Below, in pieces: positions 1-13,265 of a DNA stretch of 64,000 bases. Location: assembly GCA_976551045.1 (NCBI GenBank), contig CDPCPM010000054.1:19034001-19098000 (forward strand), read 5' to 3'. The notes below the pieces were generated by a model that saw nothing but the letters and a program-made list of their open reading frames with translations, had not been told where the DNA came from and did not search any database. This DNA comes from Glaucostegus cemiculus (lineage: Eukaryota). The number at the start of each line of letters is the position of its first letter. Within the stretch, counting starts at the first letter, position 1. A program made the translations under genes and the position numbers.

Positions 1-1926
1 TGTTATCTTTGATCTTCAGACTATAACACTTGATGTATGTTGAGTTTGAGAGACCCTACTGAGAGGGTTTCCAGGAGAATGCCTGCTTGTCGTGATAATA
101 AACCATTTATACCAACCAGCTTCAGAGTCTCTCCAGTGACTCAGTTCACAGTCCCAACTGTTACCTTGAGGGGTCTGGCTCCCCCCACTCACAAGAAGCC
201 CTCAGATAAACCAAATGCTCCTGCCTCTGTTTCTCTGCAGTTTTCCAACTGTATTGAGACACAATATAGAACTCCTAGCAACATTATATTTAAACTGGCT
301 TCCGAATGTGCTGTGGTTGTTTTATTTAAATATATATTTGTTCCTTCTTACCTTGAGTGCCCTCAGACTCCTCTGGGGAAGAGAGCATGGTATAACCTTA
401 AGGTTGATGTTGTTAATAGTTGATAGAAGTTAGGAAAAGTGTTATATATTTTAATATACCCATACAACAAGGAAATAAAAGATTTATGAGAAAAATGTTG
501 CATTGTTTCCACAAGTAATTTTTTTTAAATTTTTTTTTACAAAAAATTACAATAAAAAGTCAGTAAAATGAGACGAAGATAATTCAGTGACTTGAAGAAT
601 TGGGCTGAATAGTTTGGGGGTTTAACCATCCAACATTCAGACAGAAATATTGTATTTCTGTTGAATATACTCATGGAGAGTTAGCTGAACAAATGTTAGC
701 TTTTCACAATCAGTGTTGCTGTTGTTCATGTTGCTTAGCAACATTGTACAGTGCATATGGTGCCCTTTTAATGTGATGTCCTTAGAGGGTTTGCACTTAA
801 GACCTGTTCCTGCAGAGTCAAACAGAAAATATGTATAAAGATGAGACATATACCAAGTTGGAATTAATTATTAACTTGGTTCATCAAGAATGTGGTAAAT
901 ATTTACACAAGGAATATGCAGTGCAACTGTTTGGTGATGTTTTATACCTTTGTTTGTAGAGTCCTACATAGCATGATGTAGTACAGAAGGGCACTTGGGC
1001 CATTGAATCTGTGCCAACTCTATCAAAGAGAAATCCAGTTAATCCTTGAAAAGCAAACAACTTGCAGATACTGGATATCAGAAATCAAGTTAGTCCTGTC
1101 GGTTCTTTCTTTCTGACCTTCTGATTTTTCCCCTTTTCCTTCAGTGCTTATTCCCTTTTGAAATATACTATTAAATGTGTAATCACCATGTTATCAGGTA
1201 GTGCATAATATGCCCTGAATATTTTCAGCGTGGAAATGTTATTCCTAGGATTCTTTTTAAATGTCTCCCTCTATCAACCCTCCAGCCATTGGAAAAGGTT
1301 TCTCTTTCTACACAAAAAGCCATCATTATATTAAATAGCTCCATCAAACCTTCATTCCTTGATGGAAAATAACGCCAGTTTCTCTGGTTGGGCTCACTAA
1401 TCCTTGGAACCACTTTTGTAAATTGCTCCTATCTGTACCTTCCTTGAAACTTCCACCTGCTTCCTATATTATAGTACCCAGCAATGAACATAATATTCCA
1501 AATGAGGCTAAACTGATGTTTTGTACAATTTAGCATAACTCCCTGACTTTTGCCTCGAGGCCTCTTTGTTCAAAGCTCAGGAATCCATATTCTTTATAAG
1601 ATGTCTTTGCAATTGTTCCATCACCTCTCAAGGGCAAACAAGTACTCTCGGTTTCCCACTTCATGCACCCTCTTTAAAATTGTACAGTTTAACTTGTGTT
1701 CTCTAGCTGAGCCAATCAACATTAATCACTGTCTAAACCCTCAACTGGATTTTCTAGAAAGAGAAAGAGTAGAATGCCTATTGTGTTTGTAAACCACTTT
1801 AAACCAAGGTTAACCGATAACAACTATCTTATGATTTCATTACATGATCACTTAACCACTGAGGGACTGTGCCCATACACATCAATAAAACTCTGGAAAC
1901 CTGATTCACAGTTTCAAGGAAATTTT

Positions 1927-2200
1927 GAGATGCAAAAGACTGCAGATGCAGGAACCTGAAGCAAAGAACAAACTGCTGGAAGAACTCTTCCAAACTGCTG
2001 GAAAAGCATCTTTGGTGGAGGGGGGGGGGGGTGTAAGAAATTGTTGACATTTTGGGTCGAGACCCTCCCTGCATCAGGACTGAGAGTGTAGAGGGAAGAG
2101 ATGTGAAGAAATGAGTGGGAGGGGTAAGACAGTGGCTGGTAGGTGATAGGTGGAACCAGGTAAGGTGGGAGATGATGGGAAGATGGAGAGACCCTCGCTG
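1927..2200 (-). mobile_element. Penelope-like element terminal-repeat (pLTR) fragment with decayed hammerhead motif
   Basis: Recurrent motif ctgcagatgc(t)gga...tgctggaagaactc...gttgacattttgggtcgagaccc...catcaggactg followed by a GA-rich tract. The same motif is linked to a GIY-YIG-type C-terminus at 18163-18273. Confidence 0.65.
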
Positions 2201-2404
2201 GGACCAAATTGGTAGGCCTGAAAGAGGAGCTAGAATCACAGCAATATGTCGGTGAACTCAAGGGGGTGTGCAAAGGTTGTGTGCCAGCTTTTCACCAAAT
2301 GTTCAAAAGATATTCCCCTTGTTTTCTTGGAACAATCATGCATTTGGATTTAGCCACAACTGTCTCCAGCAAGTGGAATATGATTGGAGCACAGTGTTCA
2401 AATG

Positions 2405-2880
2405 GGACATAAAACATGGAATCAGAGGCATACAGGGGGGCACCTCTCCCCACCATCAATGTGTCTACAGATAATGAGATGCCCACCTCAAGAAGGCAAC
2501 ATCCATCATCAAAGATCCCCACCATGCCGGCCATGCCACCTTCTCGCAGCTACCATCAGGCAGGAGGTGCAGAAGCCTAAAGTCCCACACTTCCAAGTTC
2601 AAAAACAACTACTTCCATTCAACCATTCAGCCCATGAACCAACCCTAATCACTAGAGTTTAGCAACACCATGACCACTTTGATTACTTTGTGTTTGTTTT
2701 TTGCCCTAATTGTGTTCTTTCTTGTAAAAATAGTGTATTATTTATGTTTACTTTATGTTTTTCTTGTGACAGCTGCTTATATGATTCTATGTGCCTGTGA
2801 TGCTGCTGCAAGTAAGTTTTTCATTGCACCTGTGCATACATGTACTTATACATATGACAATAGACTTAACTTTGATTTTG
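2405..2880 (+). mobile_element. Rex1/Babar-like LINE 3' fragment
   Basis: Encodes degenerate HPxHxxFSxLPSGRRxRSLKSHTSKFKNNYFH, typical of Rex1-type ORF C-termini. Ends in a ...catatgacaatag tail. Confidence 0.6.
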
Positions 2881-3409
2881 CATTGGAAATTGGAAGTTGG
2901 ACAGTTCTAACTACTTTTGTGTAAAGGGAGGAACTGACCTTGTAAATCAAAGGTGTTGATGGAATCTATGATGATTTCATTCCCTGTAGCATTCTATGGT
3001 TTATGACATAACATTATTTTTCTGTCTCCTTGGAGTTTGGCTTCATTTGTTTTGTTAGAAGGAGCCAAAGTACAGGTCTGTACTCTCAAAAGTTCTATAT
3101 CCAATCTTTCTGTACTGATGGATGAGCGTGGAAAAGGACAAGATTTTTCTGGTATAATTTGATGCCACTGTAAATCGAGGAACTTTTAAAGATCTGTGCA
3201 AGCACAAGAGCAATAGGCCCAGAAGCTCCTGGACACATTCCCAGAACAGCAGCTAAATATGGTGTAATGATAGTTTTCATGCTAACCATTGGGGAAATTT
3301 GTGCATAAATGAATAACACATTTTTTTGCACTAACCTAATTATCCTCAATCTTCTACAAAAAATTCCTCTGTGGCAGTCCTCATTAGCCTAGGACCTTAG
3401 ATACTAAAT

Positions 3410-3595
3410 ACAAACAGAAGATGCTGGAAATAACTCAGTGGACCAAGCAGACAGTGAAACAGAGCTAATATTTCACTTCAGAAGTCTTTGACAACGTAAC
3501 ATTAACCCTGTTTCTCTTGCCACAGATGCTACCTGACGTGCTGAATATTTCCAGCATTTTAGATTCTACTTCAGATTTCTACTACATTTTGCATT
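3410..3595. mobile_element. Short inverted-repeat element derived from Penelope pLTR ends
   Basis: Left arm aaacagaagatgctggaaataactcag and right arm ctgaatatttccagcatttt are reverse complements. Confidence 0.55.
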
Positions 3596-5439
3596 AACAG
3601 CTAATGCAAGAGTTGTTTGTGTGAATTTCATGAATTCATGTCACTTCTGAATTTAAAGTCTAAATTTACACTTAAACCACACAGCAAGATGACATAACAG
3701 TTCTAGTGCTTTAAGATGATTTTAAGAATGTAATTTTTTATTTATTTCTCATCTCTGTGACTGGCAAATCATTTTCTGTACTTTTGCATTCATCTTAAAT
3801 AGCTTGCGTTATAAAACCATTTAAGTAAATGTTTGCATTAAAAAAATTTAAATGCCCTTGTTATCCTTGCTTGCATTAGATGCATTGTGCCTGATGACTT
3901 AAGGGGTTCAAACCTTAGTTCTGACACATAAAAGGGTCAAAGAAAGAATATACCATATATTCCCTTGGGCCCTGATTCATGCAAGATTTTACATTCAAGA
4001 GTATGAGATCCCTGGGAACTTGCAATATAACTTACAGATGGAATGATTGCCATTCCCTTTAGAATGCTGTTTTAGGATGTTCTGAGCCATGTTTTAACTC
4101 AAGGGATTTGAAACTCCAGGAATACATGCATATTTTAAATCATCCTTGTGAAAGGTGGGGTATTTGAAATTATGTGGTTCCATATTTCAAACTTAAGCAA
4201 ACCATTCTGAGTATTTTTAACCCATTTTGTAAGCTATAATGATTCTTTTGTATTCAACATAATTAACCATTTTAATTATGTTAATAGAAATAAGTGGGTT
4301 CATCAGTAGGTTCACCTTAGTTTAGTTTGCACCTTTGCATTGGTATCTGCATTTAATAAGCATAGTTATGAAAGGAATCAAAATGTATCAATCACTTTTG
4401 TTGTAGACAGTAATGGCTTTCTTCCTCTTAACCTGACTGTTTGGCTGGGGTAGCCAGTAACTTGCTGAAGCAGAGTGCATGTCTTTTATGAAAAGAAAAC
4501 TACCCGGCTTTTTTTTCCCCTGTGTATCAGCGAGATGAGAGTTGGTCAGATTCTACAATGGCCAGGCAAACAGCTTTGCCAAGTAATAACCCAGGCAGAA
4601 AATGTGAAATGACCCTAGATTGTCATACTGGATAGCATTGCTTCAGTTACACTGGGCAGAGCATACTGGCCAGAAATAGGTATTATAGTTTTAAGTTTGT
4701 CAGTAATAGATCTAGTAAGGAAGTCAGTGGAAACTTCTTTACCCAGAGAATGGTTAGCATGTGGAACTTGCTTTCAAGTTCAAGTTCAAATTTATTGTCA
4801 TGGGCATACATACCCAGTATAAATGCCAGAAAATTAGCTTTTTGCAGCAGCACAGTACATTACAAACAAGACAAACATAAGCTAACATAAATTATATATA
4901 ACTTATGTGACAAAATAAACGTACCTCACCAAGAGTAGTTGAGTTGACAAGCACAGAGATGTCTAAGGGGATGTTGGTTAAGTGCCTGAGAAAGAATCCA
5001 AAGAACTGCTGCTGAGACCAGAGAAGAGGGACTGGACTGTAGGAGGACTGTGTGGAGCCCAAGCCGCAGCATAGACGTGATGTGGCACTTAGCTTATTTC
5101 GGTACTTTGAGCACAGAAAACTCTCAGGTAGAATAATTTGGTGGACTTCCAAGAAATTTCACTATGTCCATGAAAGAGCTTTGCATTTTCCATATTTCCA
5201 GAGTGAAAGTAAAAGTACCCGTTAAGTGTGGCCAATGTCACGTAGACCAGTATGTCCTCCAAGTAAAGACCAAAGCATGGTCATCTGATTACAACACAGT
5301 AGGAGGCCATTTAGCCTATTGGGCTTGTGCTGCCTCTCAGTGAAGCAATCTCTTCAGTCGTACACCCCCACTCCTTATTTCCCTGTACCTCTGCAACATT
5401 CTCTTTCACACATGCCCATCAACTCCCATCAGATCTAGT

Positions 5440-6135
5440 ATCATCAAGATTTGATGACACTATCACTAAGAATAGCAGGAAAATAATTCCATAGTACTGG
5501 TCAATACTTATCTCTTAATCAATATCAGTAACCTATAATGATTATTATGATGCTGCAGTTCACATGCTTCTGGTTGTAAAGTACTTCAAAGTGAAATTTA
5601 TTGTCATATGTACAAGTACATGTATGCACAGGTTCAATGAAAAACTTACTTGCAACAACATCATTGGCACATAGCATCAGATAAGCTACATTCAGGGAAA
5701 AATATAAATTAAACAAAAATTATACACAATTTTTACAAGAAGGAACACAATCAGAACAAAAAAAACAAAGTCCATTGTAGTACAAAGTGGCCATCACATT
5801 GCTATACTGAGGTAGTGATTGGGGCTGTGCCGGTTGGTTCAAGAACTGAGCTGTTGAAGGGAAGTGGCTGTTCTTGAACCTGGTGATGTGGGACTTCAGG
5901 CTTCTATACCTCCTGCCCGATGGTAGCAGTGAGACTTCATACTTCACACTTTTAGACTTCATGGCGATAAGAAATGAATGATTACAACATATCGTCTTCC
6001 TCTCAATGGTCAAATTGGCTGCAGTATTTCCTACATTATTATAGTTACTGCACTTCAAAAGAAATTTATTAGCTGTAAAACACTTTGGGGTAATGCGAGG
6101 ACATGAAAGGTGTCATGTCTTTGCCAGCTCTTTAT
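5440..6135 (+). mobile_element. Decayed Deu-domain SINE (SacSINE1/AmnSINE1-like) 3' part, interrupted by a LINE fragment
   Basis: The tail caaattggctgcagtatttcctacatta...cacttcaaaag...gctgtaaaacactttgggg (about 6011-6090) resembles the DeuSINE tail as recalled; not aligned computationally. Confidence 0.45.
5585..5932 (-). mobile_element. Rex1/Babar-like LINE 3' fragment
   Basis: ORF track 5720..6058(-) contains SLLPSGRRYRSLKSHITRFKNSHFPSTAQFLN. The tail is shared with 2405-2880. Confidence 0.7.
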
Positions 6136-7230
6136 TCCTTTACCTGAGAAAAAAAGAACAGGCTCAAACTGGTGCGTGAAAACAAGCCTTGTTTTCTGTG
6201 ACTCTGTCAATGGATCCTGGACAAGTTTAAGAGTGGATCCAACAGACTCTTTTTCACCTTTACTGACACTTGGGATGTATGTCAAAGGTACTGCCAATTT
6301 AACAACTTTTACTGAAGTATTTGGCCTACTTTCCATCTATATAATTATTAATGCTGCTAAAACTCCAGCTCCAACAGGAGACAATAAACTCAAGAATGTA
6401 AGAATCTGTAGGAGAAGATAAAATGAATGTTCTACAAATTCATCCTTTCTTATTACAGTAAATCCACCTGCTATATTTCTCATCACACTTCCCATTCACT
6501 TCCCTCTGCAGGAACGTGGATAATTTTCCATGTTTGCCTTTTGGCATGAAGCCTCACTCTCCAGGAATGAAAATGAGAAAATTTCAAGTGGGGAGCCTTG
6601 ATTTTTCCATCCATTAATTTTAATGATTGGAATTCCATAGGCTGCACACTGGGACTTTACACTCCCTGCAGGCATGGAATTCATGGGAACACCGACGTGT
6701 AAAATTACCTCTTTAGTTCCCTCTTAAACTTGGTTTTATTCAGCTGCAGCTGCTGGACTCTGGAGCAAAAAAAAACAAACTGCTGGAAGAACTCAGCAGG
6801 CCACGTGGCATCTGTGGAGGAAAAGGGATGGTCAATATCCCAGGTTGAAATGCTGAATCAGGACTTCACTTCTTATTCTTTAATTCCTGCTTTCAATTTG
6901 CTTCTCCTGTAGTTTGACGCTGGTTTGTTTATCTCATGCCTACTCCATTAATTGTTGTCCTCCGGTAGCTGTTCCTTGGGTAGGGTAGCAACACCATGGA
7001 GTCCCTGAAACTGACTATTGGGACTTTTCCAGACATTGAATAGCTTTCCAACTCTTTTGCTGTAATGAAATGGAATGTTTGGTGGGTACATTTTTGTTTG
7101 TGGCATTCAAAAGAAAATTAGATAAGTGTTTGAAGGTGACCATTTTAAGGACGTTAGCAAAAGGACAAGGGATTTGGACCAACTTAATTGCTCTACAATG
7201 AGTTGACAAGGACTGGATGGGAAGAATGTG

Positions 7231-7560
7231 TGAGACACAAGAGATTGCAGATGCTGGAATCTGGAGCAACATATTAAAAGCTTGAGAAACTTAGCAAGTT
7301 AGGTAGCATCTAAGGAGGGAAATGGACAGTCAATATTTTAGGTCAAGAGCCTTTATCTGGATAGAATTTACTCTGTTTAAAAATCAAAAGGTTCCACCTA
7401 TTGCCCTCCCCCATCTTCTCTGCTGCCTAAACTAACTTGTCTTCTCTCCTTCCCAATTCTACTGAAGGATCTTCAACCTGAACTGCTAGCTGTTTTTCTT
7501 TCCATTGATACTGCCTGACCTGAGACTTTTCCAGCATTTTCTGCTTTTATTTCAGATATC
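7231..7560. mobile_element. Two oppositely oriented Penelope pLTR fragments
   Basis: gagacacaagagattgcagatgctggaatctggagcaac... on the left; ...tgcctgacctgag...ccagcattttctgcttttatttcagat on the right. Confidence 0.55.
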
Positions 7561-8399
7561 CCACTCCTTTGGTTTAACAGTTCTATAACCCTGTAATATT
7601 ACACTAACATTCATTCTGACAGATTACATAATTTACTGCAACCAGCAGGAAAACATATTTAAATGTTACAAATTCATTTAATAATAAACACTTCAATTTT
7701 TGAGAAGGATTCAAAAGTGCATTTACAGGCTTTTGTTAAACTAGTAAAGGGAAATGGAATGCTTGGTTGAATCATTGAAAGCTACTTCACTTTGAAGTAG
7801 AAAGTAACTAAACTGTTGCAGACTATTTCAGATATGTAAAAAGAAATCACATGATTTCTTTTCAATGTACCATTAGGCTTTTCAATATATTGTTAGGCAA
7901 ATTGTATCATTGGTACAATTTTCATCCCAATATCAAAATACTTGACAGATTTAAATTGACTGGAAAATATTTTTTTAAGTGTCCATCCCTCAGTAAATTA
8001 GTTTTCCTTCAATATGTTAATTTTATTCATGAAGTTAACATCCATGGATAGCAACACTTGTACAAGTAGTTATTATTCATTTTTGAATTCTCGGACTATC
8101 AGGGTATGGAGCTTATTTTTATCAATACTTGACATTTACACACATGCAGTTTCAGAAATTCTTGTTAATTAGGAGCATGATTAGCAGCTCTGAGCAATAA
8201 CACTTGCAGTTTGGCACCTCCCTTATTTGTGGATGATGATGTTAATTACAGGGCACTCCCACAAGTCCAATTCAAATAAATTAGTTTATCACAACCAGGC
8301 ATTGTAGGTAGAACCTTCAACATCTGCAGGTTTCATTTCTCAGTTTCAGAAGCCTGCTCAACAATGACAAGATGTCTCCAAATTCCTCTCTAATGGGTG

Positions 8400-9052
8400 T
8401 GCATGGAAGCCCCGGTGAGTTTAGAGGGAGCACAGGACAGGGCTCCAGTGAGTTTCGAATGAATGTGGGAACCAGGTGCCTGATGTGTTAGAGAGAGAGT
8501 GCAGGAACTGGGTCCCAGTGAGGTTAGAGCGAGCATGGGAACCAGGCACCTGGTCTGTTAGAGAGAGCACAAGAACTGGGCCTCAGTGAGTTTAGAGAGG
8601 GTGTGGGAACCAGGTCCCTGGAGTGTTCGAGGAAGCGTAGGAGCTGGGGCACTGGTATGCTGGAGAGAGCAAAGGATCGGGGCCCTTGTGTTAGTGGGAG
8701 CACAGAAACTGGGAGCCCACTGGATTTAAAGAGTGTGCAGGAATTGGAACCCCAGTATGTTAGAGGGAATGCAGGAGCTGGTGACCCAGTGAGTGCAGAG
8801 AGAGTGCAAAAACCTTTCTGTGGTGTGTTAGAGGCAATACAGGAATTGGAGCTCTGGTATGTTAGAAGAAGGGTGAAAATTGGTGCATCAGTGTCAGAGG
8901 GGGCATGGGAACTGGGGTCCTGGTGAATTTAGAGTGAGCACAGGAACCAGGGCCCTGGTGAGTTTTGGAGTGAGGACAGGAACCAGGGCCCTGTGAGTCT
9001 GGAGTGAGGACAAGAACCAGAAGAAGTGCAGGAATCACACCTGGTGAGCCAG
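8400..9052. repeat. Degenerate minisatellite, ~35-bp unit, roughly 18 copies
   Basis: Repeated GGAACCAGGGCCCTGGTG(A/T)GTTAGAGGGAGCACA-like units. The unit core ACCAGGGCCCTGGT is a perfect palindrome. Confidence 0.85.
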
Positions 9053-9086
9053 GTGGCAAAAGAGCAGGAGTTCCACATGATCATAC

Positions 9087-9430
9087 AACATAGAATGTAG
9101 AACAGTGCAGCACAGGAACAGGCCCTTTAGCCCACCATATGTGCACTGACCATGATGCCAAACTAAACTAATCCCATCGACATGCATATGGCCTGTGTGC
9201 CTCTATTCCCTGCCTGTCCATGTGCCTGTCTAAATGCCATTTCAACATTGCTATCATTTCTGCTCTACCACCTCCTGGCACCATGTTCCAGGTGCCTACC
9301 ACCTTCATTGTAAAAATATTTGCCTCGCAAATCTCCTTTCAACTTTCCTCCTCTCACCTTAAACCTGTGCCTTCTATTATTTGACATATCCACCCTGGGA
9401 AAAATACCCTATTTATGCCTCTTATAATTA
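9087..9430 (-). mobile_element. CR1-type LINE 3' end
   Basis: catagaa...cagcacaggaacaggccctttagccc tail and ...cctctcaccttaaacc..., shared with the CR1 copies at 12580-13265 and 36040-36810. Confidence 0.7.
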
Positions 9431-10021
9431 TGCACATTAAATCACATGGCAGATTATTGGAATTTTATTGTACTTAGAATCTATAGAGATTTGTCAAGTG
9501 GCCAGATTTATCAGCAATCAGTGAACAAGGATTGTGTTGAATTCCATCACATAAATCAGAAGATAAATTTCAGAACCAGTCTAACTGCCTTAAGAGTGGA
9601 GGGTGTGTGTGCAGAGAAGTGACTAAGCGAATGTAACAAGGAAGGGCAAAGAATAAAGCAGACACCTTGACTAATCTGAATTGTCAAGTACTGACGTGGT
9701 GCCCGGGAGGCAATGTTACAAATATCAATTTACTGCAGCAAAAAGTGAAGACAACTGACTTACTTAAATGTACAAAGGAACACCTAGGGCTTAGAAGGAT
9801 GTTGGGGGGATGTGACATGTGGGATAAGGGAGATTTGGGGGTGAGGTGGTGGGGAGAAGATAATGATAAATTTCAGGAAGACAAGTCTTCTTTGATGATA
9901 TATAGGGTCTGTGCAATTAAGTAAGTATAAAAATGGCTTCCCTATCTCATAATATAATGTCTTGACAGTTCCTTTTTAATTCAAGACTTAACGCTACCTC
10001 ACTGTGATTTTCGTATTTTAC

Positions 10022-10750
10022 AGAATCATAGGACATAAAGTCATTCAGCACAGAAACAGGCCTTTCAGCCCAACTGGTCCATGTTGACCAAGATTCCCAT
10101 CTAAGCTAGTCCCATCTGCCTGCGTTTAACCCATATCCCTCTAAACCTTTCTTATCCATATACCTGTCCAAGTGCCTTAAGATAAGATAAGATATGATAT
10201 CTACTTATTAGTCACATGTATGTCGAAACACACAGTGAAATGTTTCTTTTTTGTGTTACTGAGAATGTGCTGGGGGGCAGCCCGCAAGTGTCACCACTCT
10301 TCTGATGCCAACATGCCCACAACTCCTAACCCATACGTCTTTGGAATGTGGGAGGAAACCGTAGCACCCAGAGGAAACCCACGCAGACATGAGGAGAACG
10401 TACAAACTCCTCACAGACAACAACAGGAATTGAACCAGGTCGTTGGTGCTGTAATAGTGTTATGCTAACCGCTACGCTACCGTGCTTTTTAAAGGTTGTT
10501 AATGTACCTGCCTCAACCACTTCCTCTGGCAGCTTATTCCATATATGGACCACCCTCTGGGTGAAAAAGTTACCCTTCGAGTTCCTATTAAGTCTCTCTC
10601 CTCTCATCTTAAACCTATGCTCCCTAGTTCTTGATTCCCCAATCCTGGGAAAAAGACTGTGTGCATTGACGTTATCAATGCCCTTCATGATTTTATACAC
10701 CCCTATAAGATCACCCCTCATTCTCCTGTGCTCTAATGAATAAAGTCTCA
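10022..10750 (-). mobile_element. CR1-type LINE 3' end, interrupted by a SINE
   Basis: ORF 10326..10751(-) LYSLEHRRMRGDLIGVYKIMKG...FFTQRVVHIWNKLPEEVVEA is the CR1 ORF2 C-terminus. Confidence 0.85.
10179..10485 (-). mobile_element. tRNA-derived V-SINE with a Rex1-like tail and (TCTTA)n end
   Basis: Minus strand reads A/B-box-like head gcacggtagcgtagcggttagc...ggttcaattcc, then V-domain ggagtttgtacgttctcc...gtgggtttcctctgggtgct. Confidence 0.75.
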
Positions 10751-11369
10751 ATCAACCAAAGAGGTTTTAGTCTATTTTATCCAAACAACCAAATTCCATG
10801 ATTCTTTTCCTTTTAAGCTTTGATCAACACTACAAGTCAAGGAAGAATAAAATAGCCAAGGAATGTAGACTTAGAAACTGATAGTAGGATGAAGATTTTC
10901 AAATTTCTTTATTAACTAAATCAAAATAATAATCCTAAATGAGCAATATCGAGGAAAATGGACAACTATGCTTGATTATATTTAATTCTGTAGTTTATGT
11001 CTTTCAGACTAAATATATGATAGTTGAGGAATGAATTATGAGAAGTAATTTCGTAGCTATTTTTGAACTCAGCCTGAGAGTTAAGTGCATGTTAAAAGGT
11101 CATGGGAAAAAGTGGGATGCAGCTCGTAATCCACTCCCAGAGTGATGTTGACTCTTTGTATCATATTATCTGGACTGATGAAAGGACGGTATTTAACTCC
11201 TTAGGAAACAATTTTAGTGACCCAAAATGTGTAGAGTTGCATTTGGATATGATGCTTGCCTACCCTGGGAGAACCCTACAGAGTGCTAATTTGTGACACA
11301 AACAAGCCCAGATTTGATTTGATTCGATTCGATTCTTTAAGTATATTTGCATGCATGGTTTGTGTATTT

Positions 11370-11720
11370 GGTATTGATATTGGTTTATTATTGTCGCATG
11401 TACTGAGATAAGGTGAAAAACTTAGTTTTGCAAGCTACCGATACAGATACAAAAACATAAGTACTTTGAGGGAGTACAAGGGGAAAACAATAACAGAATG
11501 CAGAATATTAGTGTTATGGTTACAGTTACAGAGAAAGTGCAGTGCAGGTAGACAATAAGGTGCAAAGGCTATGATGAGGTAGATTGTGAGGTCAAGAGCC
11601 CACCTTATCGTACTAGGGGACCATTCAGTAGTCTTTTGACGGCAGGATAGAAGCTGTCCTTGAGCCTGGTGGTGCGTGTTTTCAAGATTTTGTATCTTCT
11701 GCCCGATGGAAGGGGGGAGA
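11370..11720 (-). mobile_element. Rex1/Babar-like LINE 3' fragment
   Basis: Degenerate FSxLPSGRRYKILKTRTTRLKDSFYP on the minus strand. Near-identical family to 40280-40660. Confidence 0.65.
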
Positions 11721-12579
11721 AGAGAAAATGTCCAGGGTGTTATGTCCAAGTTGAATTCTGTAAAATTGTAACAGCTGCTCTATGGGTATGGTGTGTTTCA
11801 GGTCATGCTCTATGGCTTGGCAGACACCCTATACTTTTGGAGTTTCTGGAAGGTTGCTGGATGATCACAGATAGTAGCCTGGGCTGAGGGTTCAACCAGT
11901 ATTCTGTGGCTTCACTCTTGCGTACTACCTCTTCACCATCCGTCTGAGTTAGATTTACCACCAAATCCAATTGAAATCCATGTAGAAGCTGTCTATTGGG
12001 AGGCCACATTGCCACCACTAATGATGAAAAAAAGGCTGATGTAATGTTCAAGGGGGTCAGTGACTGAGTAGGCACTGCATCTGCCTGAAGGAAACACATG
12101 AGCAACTTACATTTAAATAGCACCATTAAAATATCCATTGTTATTATAACGAGTTACAGGCTGAAGTCAAAGTCAATGTCAATGTTATTGTCATACGCAC
12201 ATGTGTGCACAGGTGCAATCAAAAACTTACTTTCAGCAACATCACAGGCACATAGCATCATATTAGCAGCAATCACAAGAAAAAGAATTGACACAGATTC
12301 AGAGTACTAGGACAGATGATCAAATGCCAAGTCAGAGAGATCTGGTTAATTGGGATCCTGAAGAAGGAAGAAATACAAGGGAAGGAAATGATGAAAGAAC
12401 TTCCATCAATAGTGGGCACGGTTACCAGGATACAAAGGAGGCCAGCACATATATTTAAAAGCCTTAATATTTAATACATGCTGATGTGCCAGTGTAGTTT
12501 TAGTTTTTAGCTAATGTATGATCCACACCTTCTGTAAGTTAAAAAGGATGAAATTTGCTTTTAAGTAACCCTGAAAATA

Positions 12580-13265
12580 GCTCCCTGAAAGTGGCAACGT
12601 AAGTATGAAAGCTGGTAATAAAGGTGTATAGCATGTTTGCCCTCATCGGTTGGGGTATTGAGTATAAAAATCAGAAAGATATGTTGCCATTGTATAAAAC
12701 TTTGGTTAGGCCACATTTGGAGTATTGTGTTCAGTCCTGGTTGCCTCTTTACAAGAAGACTTTGTGATGGCTTTGGAGAGGGTGCAGAGGAGGTTCACCA
12801 GGATGCTACCTGGATTAGAGAGTATTAGCTATAAGGAATGGTTGGACAAACTTGGATTGTTTTCTCTGAAGTGTCAAAAGCTGAGGGGAGAGCTGATAGA
12901 AAGTTTTAAAATTATGGAAGGCATAGAAAGAGTAGATAGAGTGTCTTTCCCAGGGTAGAAATGTCAAATACTAGAGGGCTTAGCTTTAAGGTGATAGGAA
13001 GAAAGTTTAAGGGAGAGGTGCAGGGCAAGTATTCTACTCAGAGAGTGATAGGTGCCTAGAACACGCTGCCTAGAGTGGTGGTGGAAGCAGGCATGATAGT
13101 GGTGTTTAAAGAGGATTTTAGACAGACACATAAACATGAAAGGAAGGGAGGGATATGGATCATGTGCAGGCAAATACGTTTAGTTTCATTCGGAATTGTG
13201 GTCGGCACAGACATAGTGGGCCAAAGGGCCTGTTCTTGTACTGTACTGTTCTACTCTATGTTTTA
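12580..13265 (+). mobile_element. CR1-type LINE 3' fragment
   Basis: ALERVQRRFTRMLPGLESISYKEWLDKLGLFSL (ORF 12725..12958) plus the gggccaaagggcctgtt...ttctactctatg tail. Confidence 0.85.

Noticed and set aside
37-423. 128-aa ORF and a possible LTR end (AATAAA...CA) in the first 150 bp
   Set aside because: No recognisable domain. The putative LTR is cut by the window edge, so termini and TSD cannot be tested.
8603-8926. 107-aa repetitive ORF
   Set aside because: By-product of the minisatellite, with no splice or homology support.
8400-9052. CRISPR-like look (palindromic repeats at regular spacing)
   Set aside because: The intervening segments are similar to each other rather than unique spacers, the repeats are degenerate, no cas genes are present and the DNA is vertebrate.
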